From positions 1 to 54,015 of the forward strand of contig JBDNJL010000106.1 of NCBI GenBank assembly GCA_041687795.1: a stretch of DNA of 54,015 nt, in the 5' to 3' direction. The translations under genes were made by a program, and so were the position numbers. Source of the DNA: Methylotenera sp. (GTDB lineage: Bacteria; Pseudomonadota; Gammaproteobacteria; Burkholderiales; Methylophilaceae). Positions 1 to 11,130 of this stretch are shown here, in pieces; the first letter of the stretch is position 1, and the number at the start of each line of letters is the position of its first letter. The notes beneath the pieces are model-generated. The model did no database searches, was not told the origin of the DNA, and worked only from the letters and a program-made list of their open reading frames with translations.

Positions 1-1031
1 CAACCTGCATCACACTCAATATCCATAATGACGGATTTTTTAGGGTTAGCATGCTTTGCATTAAGTTGTTGCATCATACTGTCGCCAGAAGCTGTTACAG
101 TTTGACCAAATAAAATTTGCCCAACATCCGCTGTAATGTGTTTATTTTTGTTAAGTGCTTCTGCTATTTGTGCAGCGGCGGACGAGAACTTTTTATCGCC
201 TTCTGTACCATAGCTATGAAACTGAATATGCGTTAAATGCATGGGCACGCCGTCACTAGCGCTCATGGTAGCGAGCGTGGTTTCAAAATTACCTGCAACG
301 CCTAAGTTATTGCAATGTACATGTAAAGGTTTGGCAATACCAAGTTGCTGCACTGCAGTACTCAAGCTTTTTAAAATATCACGCGGCGATACTTGGTAAT
401 AGCTGTGATTTTCGTCCAAATCTAGTCTGCGCTGATTAAACTTAAACGCGCTAATGCCACCAGGATTGACGACTTTAATACCAATCGCCTGTGTGGCATG
501 TAATGTCCATGCAACGTAATCATTAATTGTTTTTTGGTCAGCTTTTTGACTAAGTAGTCGCAAAAAATAATCGTCACTACCTAACATAGCGTAGCCGCCT
601 TTATCTATCATTGGGGTGTCGCCCATTTCCAGATGCGCTTGACGTGCGTTAATCGGCAAAATAGCAGGTTCAAACGCTGCGGTGTAACCCATTTCAATAT
701 ATCTAAAACCAGTTTCTGTGGTCGTGGGTGTAGCGTTATGACTGCAATTTGGTGTGCAAATATGCGCTTCTGGCTCGCTTAAGTTTCTAGTTGTTTGATA
801 TTCAGGCAACATCATGCGCGCAATATTTACTTTGCCGCCGCCAATGTGGCTGTGCATATCAATGGCACCAGCCATCACCACTTTGCCAGTTAAATCATAG
901 ATTCGGGTGATTTTTTCAGAATCACTAGGTTTTGCAATAATGTAACCATCACGGATATAAATATCTTGCACAATGCCCTCTGTGCCGCGCGCAGGGTCAT
1001 AAACTTTTCCATTTTTTAAATGGATAATCAT
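1..1031 (-). CDS. fhcA: Formyltransferase/hydrolase complex subunit A (FwdA/FhcA amidohydrolase), 3' end runs off the window
   Basis: Not in the ORF track; read manually from ATG at 1031: MIIHLKNGKVYDPARG...GAIDMHSHIGGGKVN (amidohydrolase HxH). ATGA overlap with the fhcB stop. Confidence 0.92.
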   Translation of the reverse strand, partial: MIIHLKNGKVYDPARGTEGIVQDIYIRDGYIIAKPSDSEKITRIYDLTGKVVMAGAIDMHSHIGGGKVNIARMMLPEYQTTRNLSEPEAHICTPNCSHNATPTTTETGFRYIEMGYTAAFEPAILPINARQAHLEMGDTPMIDKGGYAMLGSDDYFLRLLSQKADQKTINDYVAWTLHATQAIGIKVVNPGGISAFKFNQRRLDLDENHSYYQVSPRDILKSLSTAVQQLGIAKPLHVHCNNLGVAGNFETTLATMSASDGVPMHLTHIQFHSYGTEGDKKFSSAAAQIAEALNKNKHITADVGQILFGQTVTASGDSMMQQLNAKHANPKKSVIMDIECDAG

Positions 1032-2227
1032 GTGAGTTTTGCCTCAATTTTTTGCAAAACTTGGCTTAGTGTTAAGTGGCTAGACTCACGCACTTTTTTA
1101 AGCGGTAAAACAACAGCACTATCCATTCTAAACATTGTGCCAGCATGGTCTAAGCCTGGAATGCTCACAGGAATAAATACATCCGGCGCTTTAATAAATT
1201 GAGTATTAGGATGACCAATAATAATACAAGGTGACTGAGTGGTAGGCGGTGAGATGGCATTAAAAGTGCTGATCCAAAGCAATGCATCGCAATATTGCAA
1301 TTGCTTTGTGGCGCTGAGTAGGTGCGAGTCGTATTCGCTGCTGCCATCTCTATAACGACTTCTTGTTGCAAACCCACTCAGCCATGCGGAGGTGTTATTG
1401 ATAGACGTGTCACCATCTCCAGAATTAAGTGGTAAGCCAGCCACGCGAGTGGTTTCATTTAGTTTGGCAATTAAGCGTGTAATGCTTTGAACCGTCAATT
1501 CTGCATGCGAGAAATCAAGCTTACTTGCAGACCAAACAATAACTGCATAATTTGCGGTTTTAAGTTTGTCTAAAATTTTATTTAGACTGTCGATTGAAAC
1601 GCCAGAAATACTGCCAATACTGAGTTTTTTACCATTGGCTAATGCATTCATTGCGTTCATGATTTCAGGTAAATCAGCAACGTTATTCTGTGCTAAGTAA
1701 ATGACTTCTGGTTTTGCTTTATTAAACAAACTCTCTTTATTGAATACCAATTTATCTAAAAAGCGCGGATGTGTAGAGATAATATCCGTACCAATTGCCA
1801 GTATTAAATCTGCACGATTTTTTATTTCTGTGAGCGTGGTTGTATTCCAGCCACTATTTTGCATAGCCAAGGTGTTATTTACGGTTGCTTCTGAGTGCAT
1901 GTGGTCTAGCGTTGCATTGGTTTTTTCTGCCAGACGCATTACAGAACGCATTCCTTGCACTTCAGTGCCCAAGCCGGAAAATAGAGGTTGTTGGCTATTA
2001 TTTAAAATTGCCGCTGCAGTTTCAATTGCCACATCTATAGTGACTGGTTTTCCATATACAGTTGGCTTAGGTTCTACATCGGCTTGCTGAAAAAAAGTCA
2101 CGCTTTTGTTGCATAAATTACTGATTTTTATAGGTGAGGCTTGTAGTATATTAATATCATCACACAATAGCCCACAGGCTGGGCAGGTGGCAAAGTTGTT
2201 GCTTATATTTTTAGCTTGAATAGACAT
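1028..2227 (-). CDS. fhcB: Formyltransferase/hydrolase complex subunit B (FwdB-like)
   Basis: CPACGLLCDD N-terminus, TTLTEIKNRADL and GLDHAGTMFRMD motifs typical of FwdB/FhcB; coupled to fhcA. Confidence 0.9.
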   Translation of the reverse strand: MSIQAKNISNNFATCPACGLLCDDINILQASPIKISNLCNKSVTFFQQADVEPKPTVYGKPVTIDVAIETAAAILNNSQQPLFSGLGTEVQGMRSVMRLAEKTNATLDHMHSEATVNNTLAMQNSGWNTTTLTEIKNRADLILAIGTDIISTHPRFLDKLVFNKESLFNKAKPEVIYLAQNNVADLPEIMNAMNALANGKKLSIGSISGVSIDSLNKILDKLKTANYAVIVWSASKLDFSHAELTVQSITRLIAKLNETTRVAGLPLNSGDGDTSINNTSAWLSGFATRSRYRDGSSEYDSHLLSATKQLQYCDALLWISTFNAISPPTTQSPCIIIGHPNTQFIKAPDVFIPVSIPGLDHAGTMFRMDSAVVLPLKKVRESSHLTLSQVLQKIEAKLT

Positions 2228-2265
2228 TATTATTATTTTGCCACAACTTTGTTCAAAGCATTCAT

Positions 2266-2295
2266 AAATGTGTCTGTAAAAAAGCGTTAAGTTTT
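2266..2295 (+). repeat. Dispersed 30-bp repeat, copy 1
   Basis: AAATGTGTCTGTAAAAAAGCGTTAAGTTTT, between divergent fhcB and ndk. Confidence 0.95.
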
Positions 2296-2427
2296 CTAGC
2301 TCAAGCCTTAAAGTTATGTGGTTAAGTTTTGATTAAACCTGCTTCAAAAGCAAAGTATTGGTTTATTTTAAGCGCTAAAAATGGTATTTTATCGTTCTTT
2401 TCAATCAGTATTGTTTATGGAGTTGTT

Positions 2428-2835
2428 ATGGCTGTTCAACGCACACTTTCTATCATCAAACCAGATGCAGTAGCAAAAAATGTCATTGGTAAAATCTACA
2501 CACGTTTTGAAAACGCGGGTTTAAAAATCGTTGAGGCTAAGATGGCACAACTTACCCAAGCTGAAGCTGAAGGTTTTTATGCTGTGCATGCTGCTCGCCC
2601 ATTCTTTGGTGATTTAGTTAAATTCATGATATCAGGACCAGTAATGATTCAAGCGCTTGAAGGCGAAAATGCAGTACAAATTAACCGCGATTTAATGGGT
2701 GCTACAAACCCCAAAGAAGCCGCTGCTGGAACGATTCGTGCTGACTTTGCAGAGAGTATTGATGCAAACGCAGTGCATGGTTCAGATTCAGCAGAGAATG
2801 CTGCGATTGAAATTGCTTACTTTTTTAAAAAATAA
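2428..2835 (+). CDS. ndk: Nucleoside diphosphate kinase
   Basis: [15 protein letters not shown]...NAVHGSDS; GGAG SD upstream of ATG 2428. The ORF-track start at 2329 is too far upstream. Confidence 0.97.
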   Translation: MAVQRTLSIIKPDAVAKNVIGKIYTRFENAGLKIVEAKMAQLTQAEAEGFYAVHAARPFFGDLVKFMISGPVMIQALEGENAVQINRDLMGATNPKEAAAGTIRADFAESIDANAVHGSDSAENAAIEIAYFFKK

Positions 2836-2851
2836 GGTTTAAGTAAATACT

Positions 2852-3970
2852 TTGGTTAATTTACTCAATTACAATCAGCCCAAATTAGCTGCATGGTTTG
2901 TGGAGCAAGGCGAAAAGCCTTTTCGCGCCAAGCAGTTGATGCGGTGGATGCATCACTTTGGTGTGCATGACTTTGAGCAAATGACGAATATTGCCAAAAA
3001 ATTACGTGAAAAATTAGTTGTCGAGGCTGAAATTACGCTGCCAAATGTGCAGTTAGAACAAGTTTCTAACGATGGCACACGTAAGTGGCTTATTGGCACA
3101 GATGATTTAAAAACAGGTGCTGCTAATAGCATTGAAACTGTTTTTATCCCTGAAGATGATCGCGGTACTTTGTGTATTTCATCGCAAGTAGGTTGTGCGT
3201 TGGAGTGTACTTTTTGCAGCACTGGTCGGCAGGGGTTTAATCGTAACTTAAGCGTGTCGGAAATTATCGGCCAGCTTGCGATTGCGAACCACTCTTTACG
3301 TAACGAAGCTGGCTACGATATGTTGCCTCTTTCTGACCGTATTATTAGCAATGTGGTCATGATGGGTATGGGCGAACCGCTTGCAAATTACGATAATGTC
3401 GTCACAGCGATGCAAATTATGTTGGACGATAGCGCTTACGGCTTAAGTCGCCGCAGAGTGACTTTATCCACTAGTGGAATGGTTTCTGCCATGGATAGGC
3501 TGAAAGAAGATTGCCCTGTATCACTCGCGGTAAGTCTGCATGCGCCTAATGATGCATTAAGAGATGTGATTGTGCCAATTAACAAAAAATATCCACTTAA
3601 AGAGTTAATGGCAGCATGTAATCGTTATCTAGAAAAAGCGCCGCGTGATTTCGTGACTTTTGAATATGTGATGTTGGATGGCGTGAACGATACTGTTGAG
3701 CACGCACGTCAATTGTTAGATGTCGTGAGGAATGTGAATTGTAAGTTTAATTTAATTCCATTCAACCCATTCCCAAATAGCGGATATGAAACTTCTAAAG
3801 CAAGCCATATTCGAGTATTTAGAGATATCTTGATACAAGCAGGGTATGTGGTTACCGTGCGTAAAACCCGTGGTGATGACATTGATGCAGCATGCGGTCA
3901 ATTAGCTGGTAAAGTATTAGATAAAACCAAGCGCAGTGCTAAACATATTTCAATTGAGGCGATTACGTGA
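2852..3970 (+). CDS. rlmN: Dual-specificity 23S rRNA/tRNA m2A methyltransferase (radical SAM)
   Basis: [30 protein letters not shown]; TTG start. Confidence 0.97.
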   Translation: MVNLLNYNQPKLAAWFVEQGEKPFRAKQLMRWMHHFGVHDFEQMTNIAKKLREKLVVEAEITLPNVQLEQVSNDGTRKWLIGTDDLKTGAANSIETVFIPEDDRGTLCISSQVGCALECTFCSTGRQGFNRNLSVSEIIGQLAIANHSLRNEAGYDMLPLSDRIISNVVMMGMGEPLANYDNVVTAMQIMLDDSAYGLSRRRVTLSTSGMVSAMDRLKEDCPVSLAVSLHAPNDALRDVIVPINKKYPLKELMAACNRYLEKAPRDFVTFEYVMLDGVNDTVEHARQLLDVVRNVNCKFNLIPFNPFPNSGYETSKASHIRVFRDILIQAGYVVTVRKTRGDDIDAACGQLAGKVLDKTKRSAKHISIEAIT

Positions 3971-4773
3971 AGATGAACTTTAAAGCGCATCAAGTAAAGC
4001 ATGAGGCGGTAAATATTTTAAACAAATTATATATGCTTGCAGTAGTTGCAGTTTTTAGCTTTTGTGTCACTGGCTGCGTGAGTCAACAACAGCAAGAGCG
4101 AGATGTTGAATCGCTAAAAGCGCGCGCCAAAGCGCATACAGATTTAGGCGCTGCATACTTTCAACAAAATCGCCTTGAAATAGCGCTCAATGAGTTTACT
4201 GAAGCGCAAACAATTGATCCTACTTTTGCCTCGGCATACAACGGATTAGGTTTGGTAAATGCTGCATTAGGAAAGTACGATATTGCTGATGCAAACTTCA
4301 AAAAAGCAATTCGACTAGACCCCAATAATTCTGAATCGCACAATAACTATGGCAGTTTTTTATGCGCTAGAACACGCTATGACGAATCAATTTCTGAGTT
4401 TATGGCCGCAGTTAAAAACCCACTATATGCAACGCCGGCGGTTGCATACACTAACGCTGGCATTTGTGCAGCACGGAAAAATGATCTAATAAATGCAGAA
4501 GTTTATTATAAAAGTGCATTGCAAATTGACCCATTATTTAATGCGCCTGCATACCAGTTAGCATTATTGCAATTTAATCGTAATGATGCGTTAGCTGCCA
4601 AAACAACGTTACAAAATGTTCTACTAACTGAACCTTCACCTGAGATTTTGTGGTTGGCGGTTCAAGTTGAACGCGCGTTAGGTTCAAGAGATGCAGAAGC
4701 TAGTTATGCCTTACAACTGAGAAGGCAATATCCAGATTCTGAGCAAGCTAAATTATTACAAAGCGTTAGGTAA
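3967..4773 (+). CDS. pilW: Type IV pilus biogenesis/stability TPR lipoprotein PilW (PilF)
   Basis: Lipobox-like VTGC, TPR repeats, [15 protein letters not shown]; canonical position rlmN-pilW-rodZ. Start codon uncertain. Confidence 0.9.
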   Translation: MKMNFKAHQVKHEAVNILNKLYMLAVVAVFSFCVTGCVSQQQQERDVESLKARAKAHTDLGAAYFQQNRLEIALNEFTEAQTIDPTFASAYNGLGLVNAALGKYDIADANFKKAIRLDPNNSESHNNYGSFLCARTRYDESISEFMAAVKNPLYATPAVAYTNAGICAARKNDLINAEVYYKSALQIDPLFNAPAYQLALLQFNRNDALAAKTTLQNVLLTEPSPEILWLAVQVERALGSRDAEASYALQLRRQYPDSEQAKLLQSVR

Positions 4774-4775
4774 TT

Positions 4776-5888
4776 ATGACTGATACGACGAATATGAGCG
4801 TTAATACAGTAGTGACAAATTCAAACTTTATGCCTTTGGGAGAGGTGTTGCTTGCAGCAAGAACTGGAAAAAAACTCACTCAAAAAGATGTATCAAATAA
4901 TTTACGTTTTAGCGTAAATCAAATTAACGCCATAGAAAATAATGACTTTTCTGCTTTGCCAGAATCTATGATCACGCGCGGCTTTATTCGTAATTACGCG
5001 CGTTTACTTGAGATTGATGCTGAACCACTTCTTGCAAGTTACCGTATGCGTATCCCAGACAAAACTCCCAGTTCGGTGAGCGTGCAGTCTTCAATCTATC
5101 AAGTGATGTCTGGCAAAGAAAACCAACCTTGGTTGAAATATATATTAGGTAGTATTTTTGTTTTATTATTTTTACTGGCTTGGATTTTATATATAGATTT
5201 CATGCCTAAGCCTACCGAGAATAAGGCAGAGATAGTAACGGATGGCAATATTGCAAGCCCATTATCAGTGGAAGCGATTTTGCCTGAAGTAGCATTACCT
5301 GCTGCAGAACGCGTTGATGAGATGTTGCCTAATTCAGCCGTTCCTGCGTCAGAAAATCTTAACTCAAAAAATGTTGATTCAGTAAAAACGCCAGAATCAT
5401 TACCTGGCACAGCAAGTGCGATAAATAAAAATATCAATACAATTTCACAAAACAAATCACAAGTGGATCAAGCAACGCCACAAACCACCTTAGCTCAATC
5501 AATAAAAACGCCAGATACGCAACAAGTAACTTCTACTAACACAACAAAAACTTTGCCAGCTGAATTAATTACCTCTAATACATTAGTTGTAAACAGCCCT
5601 CAGACGATATTTCAATTTAAAGCTACACCATCAGTAGTTTCGACTAAAGCAAGCCAAGTAAGCATGACATTTACTGCACCAACTTGGATTCAAGTAACTG
5701 ATAAATATGGAAAAGTTATTTTTGAGAAAATATTATCAACAGGTAGTATTGATGGGTTTGATGGTGAAAAACCATTTAGTGTGGTGATAGGTAATGCTAA
5801 AGCTACAAAGTTATCATTCTTGGGTCAAGCAATCGATTTGGCAGCTTATACAACCGAAAATAATGTCGCCCGCATTAAGTTGGAGTAG
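4776..5888 (+). CDS. rodZ: Cytoskeleton protein RodZ
   Basis: N-terminal HTH with RGFIRNYARLL, one TM segment, low-complexity linker, C-terminal DUF4115-like domain; synteny. Confidence 0.9.
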   Translation: MTDTTNMSVNTVVTNSNFMPLGEVLLAARTGKKLTQKDVSNNLRFSVNQINAIENNDFSALPESMITRGFIRNYARLLEIDAEPLLASYRMRIPDKTPSSVSVQSSIYQVMSGKENQPWLKYILGSIFVLLFLLAWILYIDFMPKPTENKAEIVTDGNIASPLSVEAILPEVALPAAERVDEMLPNSAVPASENLNSKNVDSVKTPESLPGTASAINKNINTISQNKSQVDQATPQTTLAQSIKTPDTQQVTSTNTTKTLPAELITSNTLVVNSPQTIFQFKATPSVVSTKASQVSMTFTAPTWIQVTDKYGKVIFEKILSTGSIDGFDGEKPFSVVIGNAKATKLSFLGQAIDLAAYTTENNVARIKLE

Positions 5889-5891
5889 TCT

Positions 5892-7217
5892 TTGAATTCA
5901 TTCTTACCACAGGAGCCACGAAATACCCTACAGGTAATGGTAGGCCATGTTCCTGTTGGTGGAGGTTTAAACGGCACTATTGCAGCGCCGGTAGTCGTGC
6001 AAAGTATGACAAATACTGATACGGCCGATGCAGAAGCCACAATTAGCCAAGTATTTGAGCTATGGCAAGCAGGCTCTGAAGTTGTTCGGATTACTGTTAA
6101 TTCTCCTGAAGCTGCCGCGCAAGTGAGTAATATTCGTCGTGGTTTAGACGCGCTAAGTTGTAATGTGCCGTTAGTAGGAGACTTTCATTACAACGGACAT
6201 AAGCTCTTAGCACAATATCCTGACTGTGCCGAAGCATTGGCTAAATATCGTATTAATCCAGGCAATGTAGGCAAAGGCTCCAAGCGTGACGAGCAATTTG
6301 CCGCGATGATAGAAACTGCAATCCATTATAAAAAAGCGGTGCGCATAGGCGTTAACTGGGGTAGCCTAGACCAAGCAAAAATGGCGCAAATGATGGATGA
6401 TAATGCCAAACTTAAAGATCCATTATCTTCAAACGCGTTGATGCTTGAAGCTTTAATTCAGTCTGCACTTGAAAGCGCGCAGCAAGCCGTAAATATTGGT
6501 TTATCACCCAATCAAATTATTATTTCTTGCAAAGTAAGTAATGTGCAAGATTTAGTCAAAGTATATTCAGACTTAGCCACGCGATGTGACTATCCGCTGC
6601 ATTTAGGTTTAACCGAAGCGGGCATGGGTTCTAAAGGCATTGTTGCCTCAACTGCCGCGCTCGCCTTGTTATTGCAGCAAGGCATCGGTAACACAATTCG
6701 TGTATCTTTAACGCCAGAACCAAATGAGTCGCGCACGAAAGAAGTGGTTGTTGCGCAAGAGATTTTACAAACCATGGGCATTCGTTCTTTCACGCCATTA
6801 GTAATAGCTTGTCCAGGTTGTGGACGTACAACATCAACTTATTTTCAAGAACTTGCCATGCAAATTCAAACGTATTTGCGTAACCAAATGCCTATTTGGC
6901 GTAAAGACTACCCTGGGGTCGAGAATATGAGCGTAGCCGTGATGGGTTGCGTGGTGAATGGGCCTGGCGAATCAAAATTAGCAAATATTGGTATCAGTCT
7001 GCCTGGCACAGGAGAAACGCCAGTAGCGCCAGTGTTTGTTGATGGTGAAAAAACAGTGACGCTAAAAGGCGATCATATTGCACAGGAGTTCCAAGTAATT
7101 GTAGAAAATTACGTGCAAAAAAATTACGTGGCAGGTGGTAAATTGAATCGGATTAATATTAATATTAATATTAATAATCAAAATCAAAAAACAATTCCAA
7201 TTAAAGTAATTGCGTAA
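5892..7217 (+). CDS. ispG: 4-hydroxy-3-methylbut-2-en-1-yl diphosphate synthase
   Basis: [38 protein letters not shown]. Confidence 0.97.
   Translation: MNSFLPQEPRNTLQVMVGHVPVGGGLNGTIAAPVVVQSMTNTDTADAEATISQVFELWQAGSEVVRITVNSPEAAAQVSNIRRGLDALSCNVPLVGDFHYNGHKLLAQYPDCAEALAKYRINPGNVGKGSKRDEQFAAMIETAIHYKKAVRIGVNWGSLDQAKMAQMMDDNAKLKDPLSSNALMLEALIQSALESAQQAVNIGLSPNQIIISCKVSNVQDLVKVYSDLATRCDYPLHLGLTEAGMGSKGIVASTAALALLLQQGIGNTIRVSLTPEPNESRTKEVVVAQEILQTMGIRSFTPLVIACPGCGRTTSTYFQELAMQIQTYLRNQMPIWRKDYPGVENMSVAVMGCVVNGPGESKLANIGISLPGTGETPVAPVFVDGEKTVTLKGDHIAQEFQVIVENYVQKNYVAGGKLNRININININNQNQKTIPIKVIA
7152..7187. repeat. In-frame hexamer tandem repeats (ATTAAT)4(AATCAA)2 in the ispG tail
   Basis: Direct reading; encodes [12 protein letters not shown]. 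Confidence 0.85.
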
Positions 7218-8524
7218 TGTCTGGACCTATTCAAATCAAACAAAAAGCTACAAAGTTCCAAAGCATAAAAGGTTTTTATGATATTTTGCCCGATGCAACA
7301 CCTTTGTGGCAAAAGCTTGAGGATGTAGCTAGATTCGTATTAACGCAATATGGCTACAAAAATATTCGCATGCCTTTAGTTGAGCCAACCGATTTGTTTG
7401 TACGCTCAGTAGGTGAACATACCGATATTGTTGAAAAAGAAATGTATGCTTGGACAGATGAGCTTAATAGCGATAAATTAACCTTGCGCCCAGAAGGCAC
7501 TGCCGGTTGCGTGCGTGCCGTGATTGAAAGTAATTTGACCTATAACGGACCCGTAAGATTGTGGTATAGCGGTGCAATGTTTCGGCATGAGAATGTTCAA
7601 AAAGGCCGACAACGTCAGTTTCATCAAATTGGAGTTGAGGCATTTGGATTTGATGGGCCAGAAGTGGATGCAGAGCAGATTGTCCTGTTAGCAAGGCTTT
7701 GGCGTGTGTTAGGAATTAAAGATGTTACCTTGCAAATTAATAGTATCGGTGATGCGCACGAGCGTGCGGCTTACCGTGAAACTTTAATTACTTATTTTGA
7801 GCAACATTTAGATTTGTTAGATGAAGATGCGAAGCGCCGTTTGCATATTAATCCATTGCGGATTTTAGATACTAAAAATCCACGCATGCAAGCGATGTGT
7901 GAAATTGCGCCCAAATTGATTGATTGCTTGGGGGATGCAACCCGCGCACATTTTGATGGTCTGTGTAAATTACTAGATGCGGCAGGTGTTGCATACCAAA
8001 TTAACGCGCGTTTAGTGCGCGGTTTAGATTACTACAACCGTACTGTGTTTGAATGGGTTACAACTAAACTTGGCGCACAAGGTACTATTGCTGGTGGCGG
8101 TCGTTATGATAGTTTGGTAGAACGATTGGGTGGCGAAAGTACCCCAGCTTGCGGTTTTGGCATTGGTTTAGAGCGCGTACTTTTATTGATGCAAGAATAC
8201 GGTATCGTAGCGGACGATGCACCAGAAGTATATTTGGTCAACGTGGGTGAAGCAGCAGAACAAGCAGCTTTTGGTATAGCAGAGCAATTACGCAATGCAG
8301 ATATTAAAGTAGTGTTGCACGCGGGCGGCGGGAGTTTTAAGTCGCAGATGAAAAAGGCAGATAAAAGCCAGGCGAAATACGCGTTAATTTTAGGTGAGGA
8401 TGAAGTTGCCAAACATGAAGTGACGCTTAAAACGATGCAAGCGAGTGATGCACAAAGTACTGCACAGGCACAGTTAACATGTAACTTGGAAGATGCGATT
8501 AGTTATATAAAAAGAAAAACTTAA
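7217..8524 (+). CDS. hisS: Histidine--tRNA ligase
   Basis: LRPEGTA, GRQRQFHQIGVE, VRGLDYY, GGGRYD. Confidence 0.97.
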   Translation: MSGPIQIKQKATKFQSIKGFYDILPDATPLWQKLEDVARFVLTQYGYKNIRMPLVEPTDLFVRSVGEHTDIVEKEMYAWTDELNSDKLTLRPEGTAGCVRAVIESNLTYNGPVRLWYSGAMFRHENVQKGRQRQFHQIGVEAFGFDGPEVDAEQIVLLARLWRVLGIKDVTLQINSIGDAHERAAYRETLITYFEQHLDLLDEDAKRRLHINPLRILDTKNPRMQAMCEIAPKLIDCLGDATRAHFDGLCKLLDAAGVAYQINARLVRGLDYYNRTVFEWVTTKLGAQGTIAGGGRYDSLVERLGGESTPACGFGIGLERVLLLMQEYGIVADDAPEVYLVNVGEAAEQAAFGIAEQLRNADIKVVLHAGGGSFKSQMKKADKSQAKYALILGEDEVAKHEVTLKTMQASDAQSTAQAQLTCNLEDAISYIKRKT

Positions 8525-8546
8525 CGGCTAAACTGTGTATAAGTAA

Positions 8547-8576
8547 AAAACTTAACAGTTTTTTACAGACACATTT
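8547..8576 (-). repeat. Dispersed 30-bp repeat, copy 2
   Basis: Minus strand AAATGTGTCTGTAAAAAACTGTTAAGTTTT, between hisS and the SIMPL gene. Confidence 0.95.
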
Positions 8577-8594
8577 CTATTAAAGGTAGCCCAA

Positions 8595-9347
8595 ATGAGC
8601 GAGCAGAATAATTCATTCAAAGCCATGGCAGTATTAGGGATATTGCTGGCAATTGGCATGTCTGCTGCTGCATTTATTTTAGGCGTTCAAGGCAAGCGAG
8701 CTGTTTCTGGTCAGCAAAGTATTACAGTTAAAGGGTTGGCAGAAAAGCCAATTAAAGCCGATAGCGCAGAGTGGGTTTTAAGCATTGGTGTGACGCAATT
8801 AACACAAACTGATGCGCTAGAAAATCTTGCAGTTGAAAGCAAAGTGGTTAAGGCTTTTTTACTCAAGCAAGGCTTAGAAGCCAACACATGGTCTGTGGAG
8901 GTGGAAACGATTAACCCACATTATGACGAAGTGTTTATTAAAGATATTCCGCGCCAAGTGCAGCGTGGTTTTGATGCTTATCAAAATATACGTGTGACAA
9001 CAAAAGAGCTCAATAAAATTACTGCGGCTTATAAAGCACTACTTCGTTTACGCGCACTAAATCATCCTGTAAGTGCATCGCCGCCGTCTTATTTGGTAAG
9101 TGATTTAGAGAATATTAAGATGTCTTTAATCGCAGATGCCACTAAAAACGCACGCACGCGCGCTACAGAATTTGTGAAGCAAGATGGCGTAAAAGTAGGC
9201 GTGATGAAGTCTGCATCGCAAGGCGCGTTTTATATTTTAGCTGTTGGTGGCGACGCTAACGATGATAGCTATGGAGGCGTTTATGATAAATCTACTATTG
9301 ATAAAACCGCGCGCGTGGTAGTGACAATTGTGTATAACATTGAATAA
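8595..9347 (+). CDS. SIMPL (DUF541) domain periplasmic/membrane protein
   Basis: N-terminal [34 protein letters not shown] typical of the SIMPL family. Confidence 0.8.
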   Translation: MSEQNNSFKAMAVLGILLAIGMSAAAFILGVQGKRAVSGQQSITVKGLAEKPIKADSAEWVLSIGVTQLTQTDALENLAVESKVVKAFLLKQGLEANTWSVEVETINPHYDEVFIKDIPRQVQRGFDAYQNIRVTTKELNKITAAYKALLRLRALNHPVSASPPSYLVSDLENIKMSLIADATKNARTRATEFVKQDGVKVGVMKSASQGAFYILAVGGDANDDSYGGVYDKSTIDKTARVVVTIVYNIE

Positions 9348-9361
9348 AACTAGAAAACTTT

Positions 9362-10240
9362 ATGAATAAAGCTACCTCATTATTAATCTTAGAGCATGTC
9401 AGTATAGTGCCTAAAAAATTGCCTACTCGCTTGCTGGTTAATGATGTAAATATAAGTATTGAAGCTGGTAAAACTACGTGTGTGGTTGGCGAATCTGGTA
9501 GTGGTAAAAGTTTAACTGCATTGTCTGTCATGGGTCTGCTTTCAAAGCAGTTGCAACTCACTATTGGTAAAGTGTTATTTAACGATGACGAGCATGGTAT
9601 GCGTGATTTAACCAAGCTTACTGAGGCAGATTTACGCAAAATTCGCGGCAAAAAAATCGCAATGATTTTCCAAGAACCCATGACTTCGTTGAACCCTGTA
9701 CTTACGGTTGGTTATCAAATTGGTGAGAGTTTAACCACGCATCTAGGGCTTAAAGGTAATGCCTTAAAAACTAAAATCGCTAGTTTGTTAGACATGGTAG
9801 GTATTCCAACAAGCCGCGCAGACAGCTACCCAGACGAATTGTCTGGTGGACAACGTCAACGTGTGATGATTGCTATGAGCATTGCTTGTGAGCCCCAGTT
9901 GTTAATTGCAGATGAACCGACAACTGCCTTAGACGTAACTGTGCAAGCGCAGATATTGAAACTTTTAGATGAGCTTAAAACGCGCATGAACATGGGTATG
10001 TTGTTTATAACGCATGATTTTGGCGTGGTAGCAGATATTGCTGATAATGTTGTTGTGATGTTTAGAGGTGAAATTGTCGAATCTGGAACCAAAGACGCCG
10101 TCTTAAATAACCCGCAGCATCCGTACACAAAAGCATTATTGGCTTGCGTGCCAGATGCTGAAGGAAAAAAACCACTTAAGCCAATTGATTATAGTTGGTT
10201 GAACGAAAGTCAGTCTGAAAATAATGGAACAACGGTATGA
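9362..10240 (+). CDS. Peptide/nickel-type ABC transporter ATP-binding protein (OppD/DppD-like)
   Basis: [45 protein letters not shown]. Confidence 0.92.
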   Translation: MNKATSLLILEHVSIVPKKLPTRLLVNDVNISIEAGKTTCVVGESGSGKSLTALSVMGLLSKQLQLTIGKVLFNDDEHGMRDLTKLTEADLRKIRGKKIAMIFQEPMTSLNPVLTVGYQIGESLTTHLGLKGNALKTKIASLLDMVGIPTSRADSYPDELSGGQRQRVMIAMSIACEPQLLIADEPTTALDVTVQAQILKLLDELKTRMNMGMLFITHDFGVVADIADNVVVMFRGEIVESGTKDAVLNNPQHPYTKALLACVPDAEGKKPLKPIDYSWLNESQSENNGTTV

Positions 10241-11043
10241 GTGTAATTATTCTGCAAGCGAATAACCTTGTTAAAACTTATACACAGCGCAGTGGAAAAT
10301 TTGGTTTTGGCACCACACGAATGAAGGCCTTAGATGATGTGAGTGTCAGCTTACGTGCAGGGTCAACATTGGCCGTTGTGGGTGAATCTGGTAGTGGTAA
10401 ATCCACCTTAGCGCGATGTCTGTTACAATTGCAACCCGTAGATAGTGGCGAAGTGTTTTTTTCTGGTCAAGATTTATCTAAACTAGATGGCGTGGCACTT
10501 AGAGCGGTGCGTAAAAATCTGCAAATGGTGTTTCAAGATCCTTTTGCATCACTCAACCCGCGTATGCGTGTGGGCGAAATTGTTGGTGAAGGTTTAGTGA
10601 TTCATGGTTTAGGCAGCAGTGCTGAGCAGCAGGAAAAAGTGATTGCAATGCTTAAGCGCGTCGGTTTGACTGAAGCAGATATGCAAAAATATCCGCATGA
10701 ATTTTCAGGTGGACAAAGACAACGCATTGGTATTGCGCGCGCATTAGTGTTGCAGCCCAAAGTAGTGGTGTGTGATGAGCCAGTGTCTGCGCTAGACGTA
10801 TCAATTCAAGCGCAAATTTTGTTATTACTCAAAGAATTGCAAGCAGAAATGGCTTTAAGTTACTTGTTTATTAGCCATGATTTACGCGTAGTGCGCCACA
10901 TTGCTGATGATATTATTGTGATGCATCAAGGTAAAATAGTTGAGCATGGTAAAGTCGTCGATATTTACCAAAACCCGCAGCATGTTTATACACAAAAGTT
11001 ACTCGCGGCTATTCCGGGTAAAGCGCATCAAAAAGCTGCGTAA
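10237..11043 (+). CDS. Peptide-type ABC transporter ATP-binding protein (OppF/DppF-like)
   Basis: [38 protein letters not shown]; ATGA overlap with the preceding gene. Confidence 0.92.
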   Translation: MSVIILQANNLVKTYTQRSGKFGFGTTRMKALDDVSVSLRAGSTLAVVGESGSGKSTLARCLLQLQPVDSGEVFFSGQDLSKLDGVALRAVRKNLQMVFQDPFASLNPRMRVGEIVGEGLVIHGLGSSAEQQEKVIAMLKRVGLTEADMQKYPHEFSGGQRQRIGIARALVLQPKVVVCDEPVSALDVSIQAQILLLLKELQAEMALSYLFISHDLRVVRHIADDIIVMHQGKIVEHGKVVDIYQNPQHVYTQKLLAAIPGKAHQKAA

Positions 11044-11068
11044 TTTCGTAATTAAGATTATTTAGTAA

Positions 11069-11098
11069 AAATGTGTCTGTAAAAAACGGCTAAGTTTT
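11069..11098 (+). repeat. Dispersed 30-bp repeat, copy 3
   Basis: AAATGTGTCTGTAAAAAACGGCTAAGTTTT, between the ABC ATPase and yfgM. Confidence 0.95.
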
Positions 11099-11130
11099 AA
11101 TTTAGTAAAGATTAGAAAATAGGAAAAGCA

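Noticed and set aside
2329-2427. N-terminal extension of Ndk
   Set aside because: Homology and the GGAG SD point to ATG 2428; this stretch is promoter/UTR.
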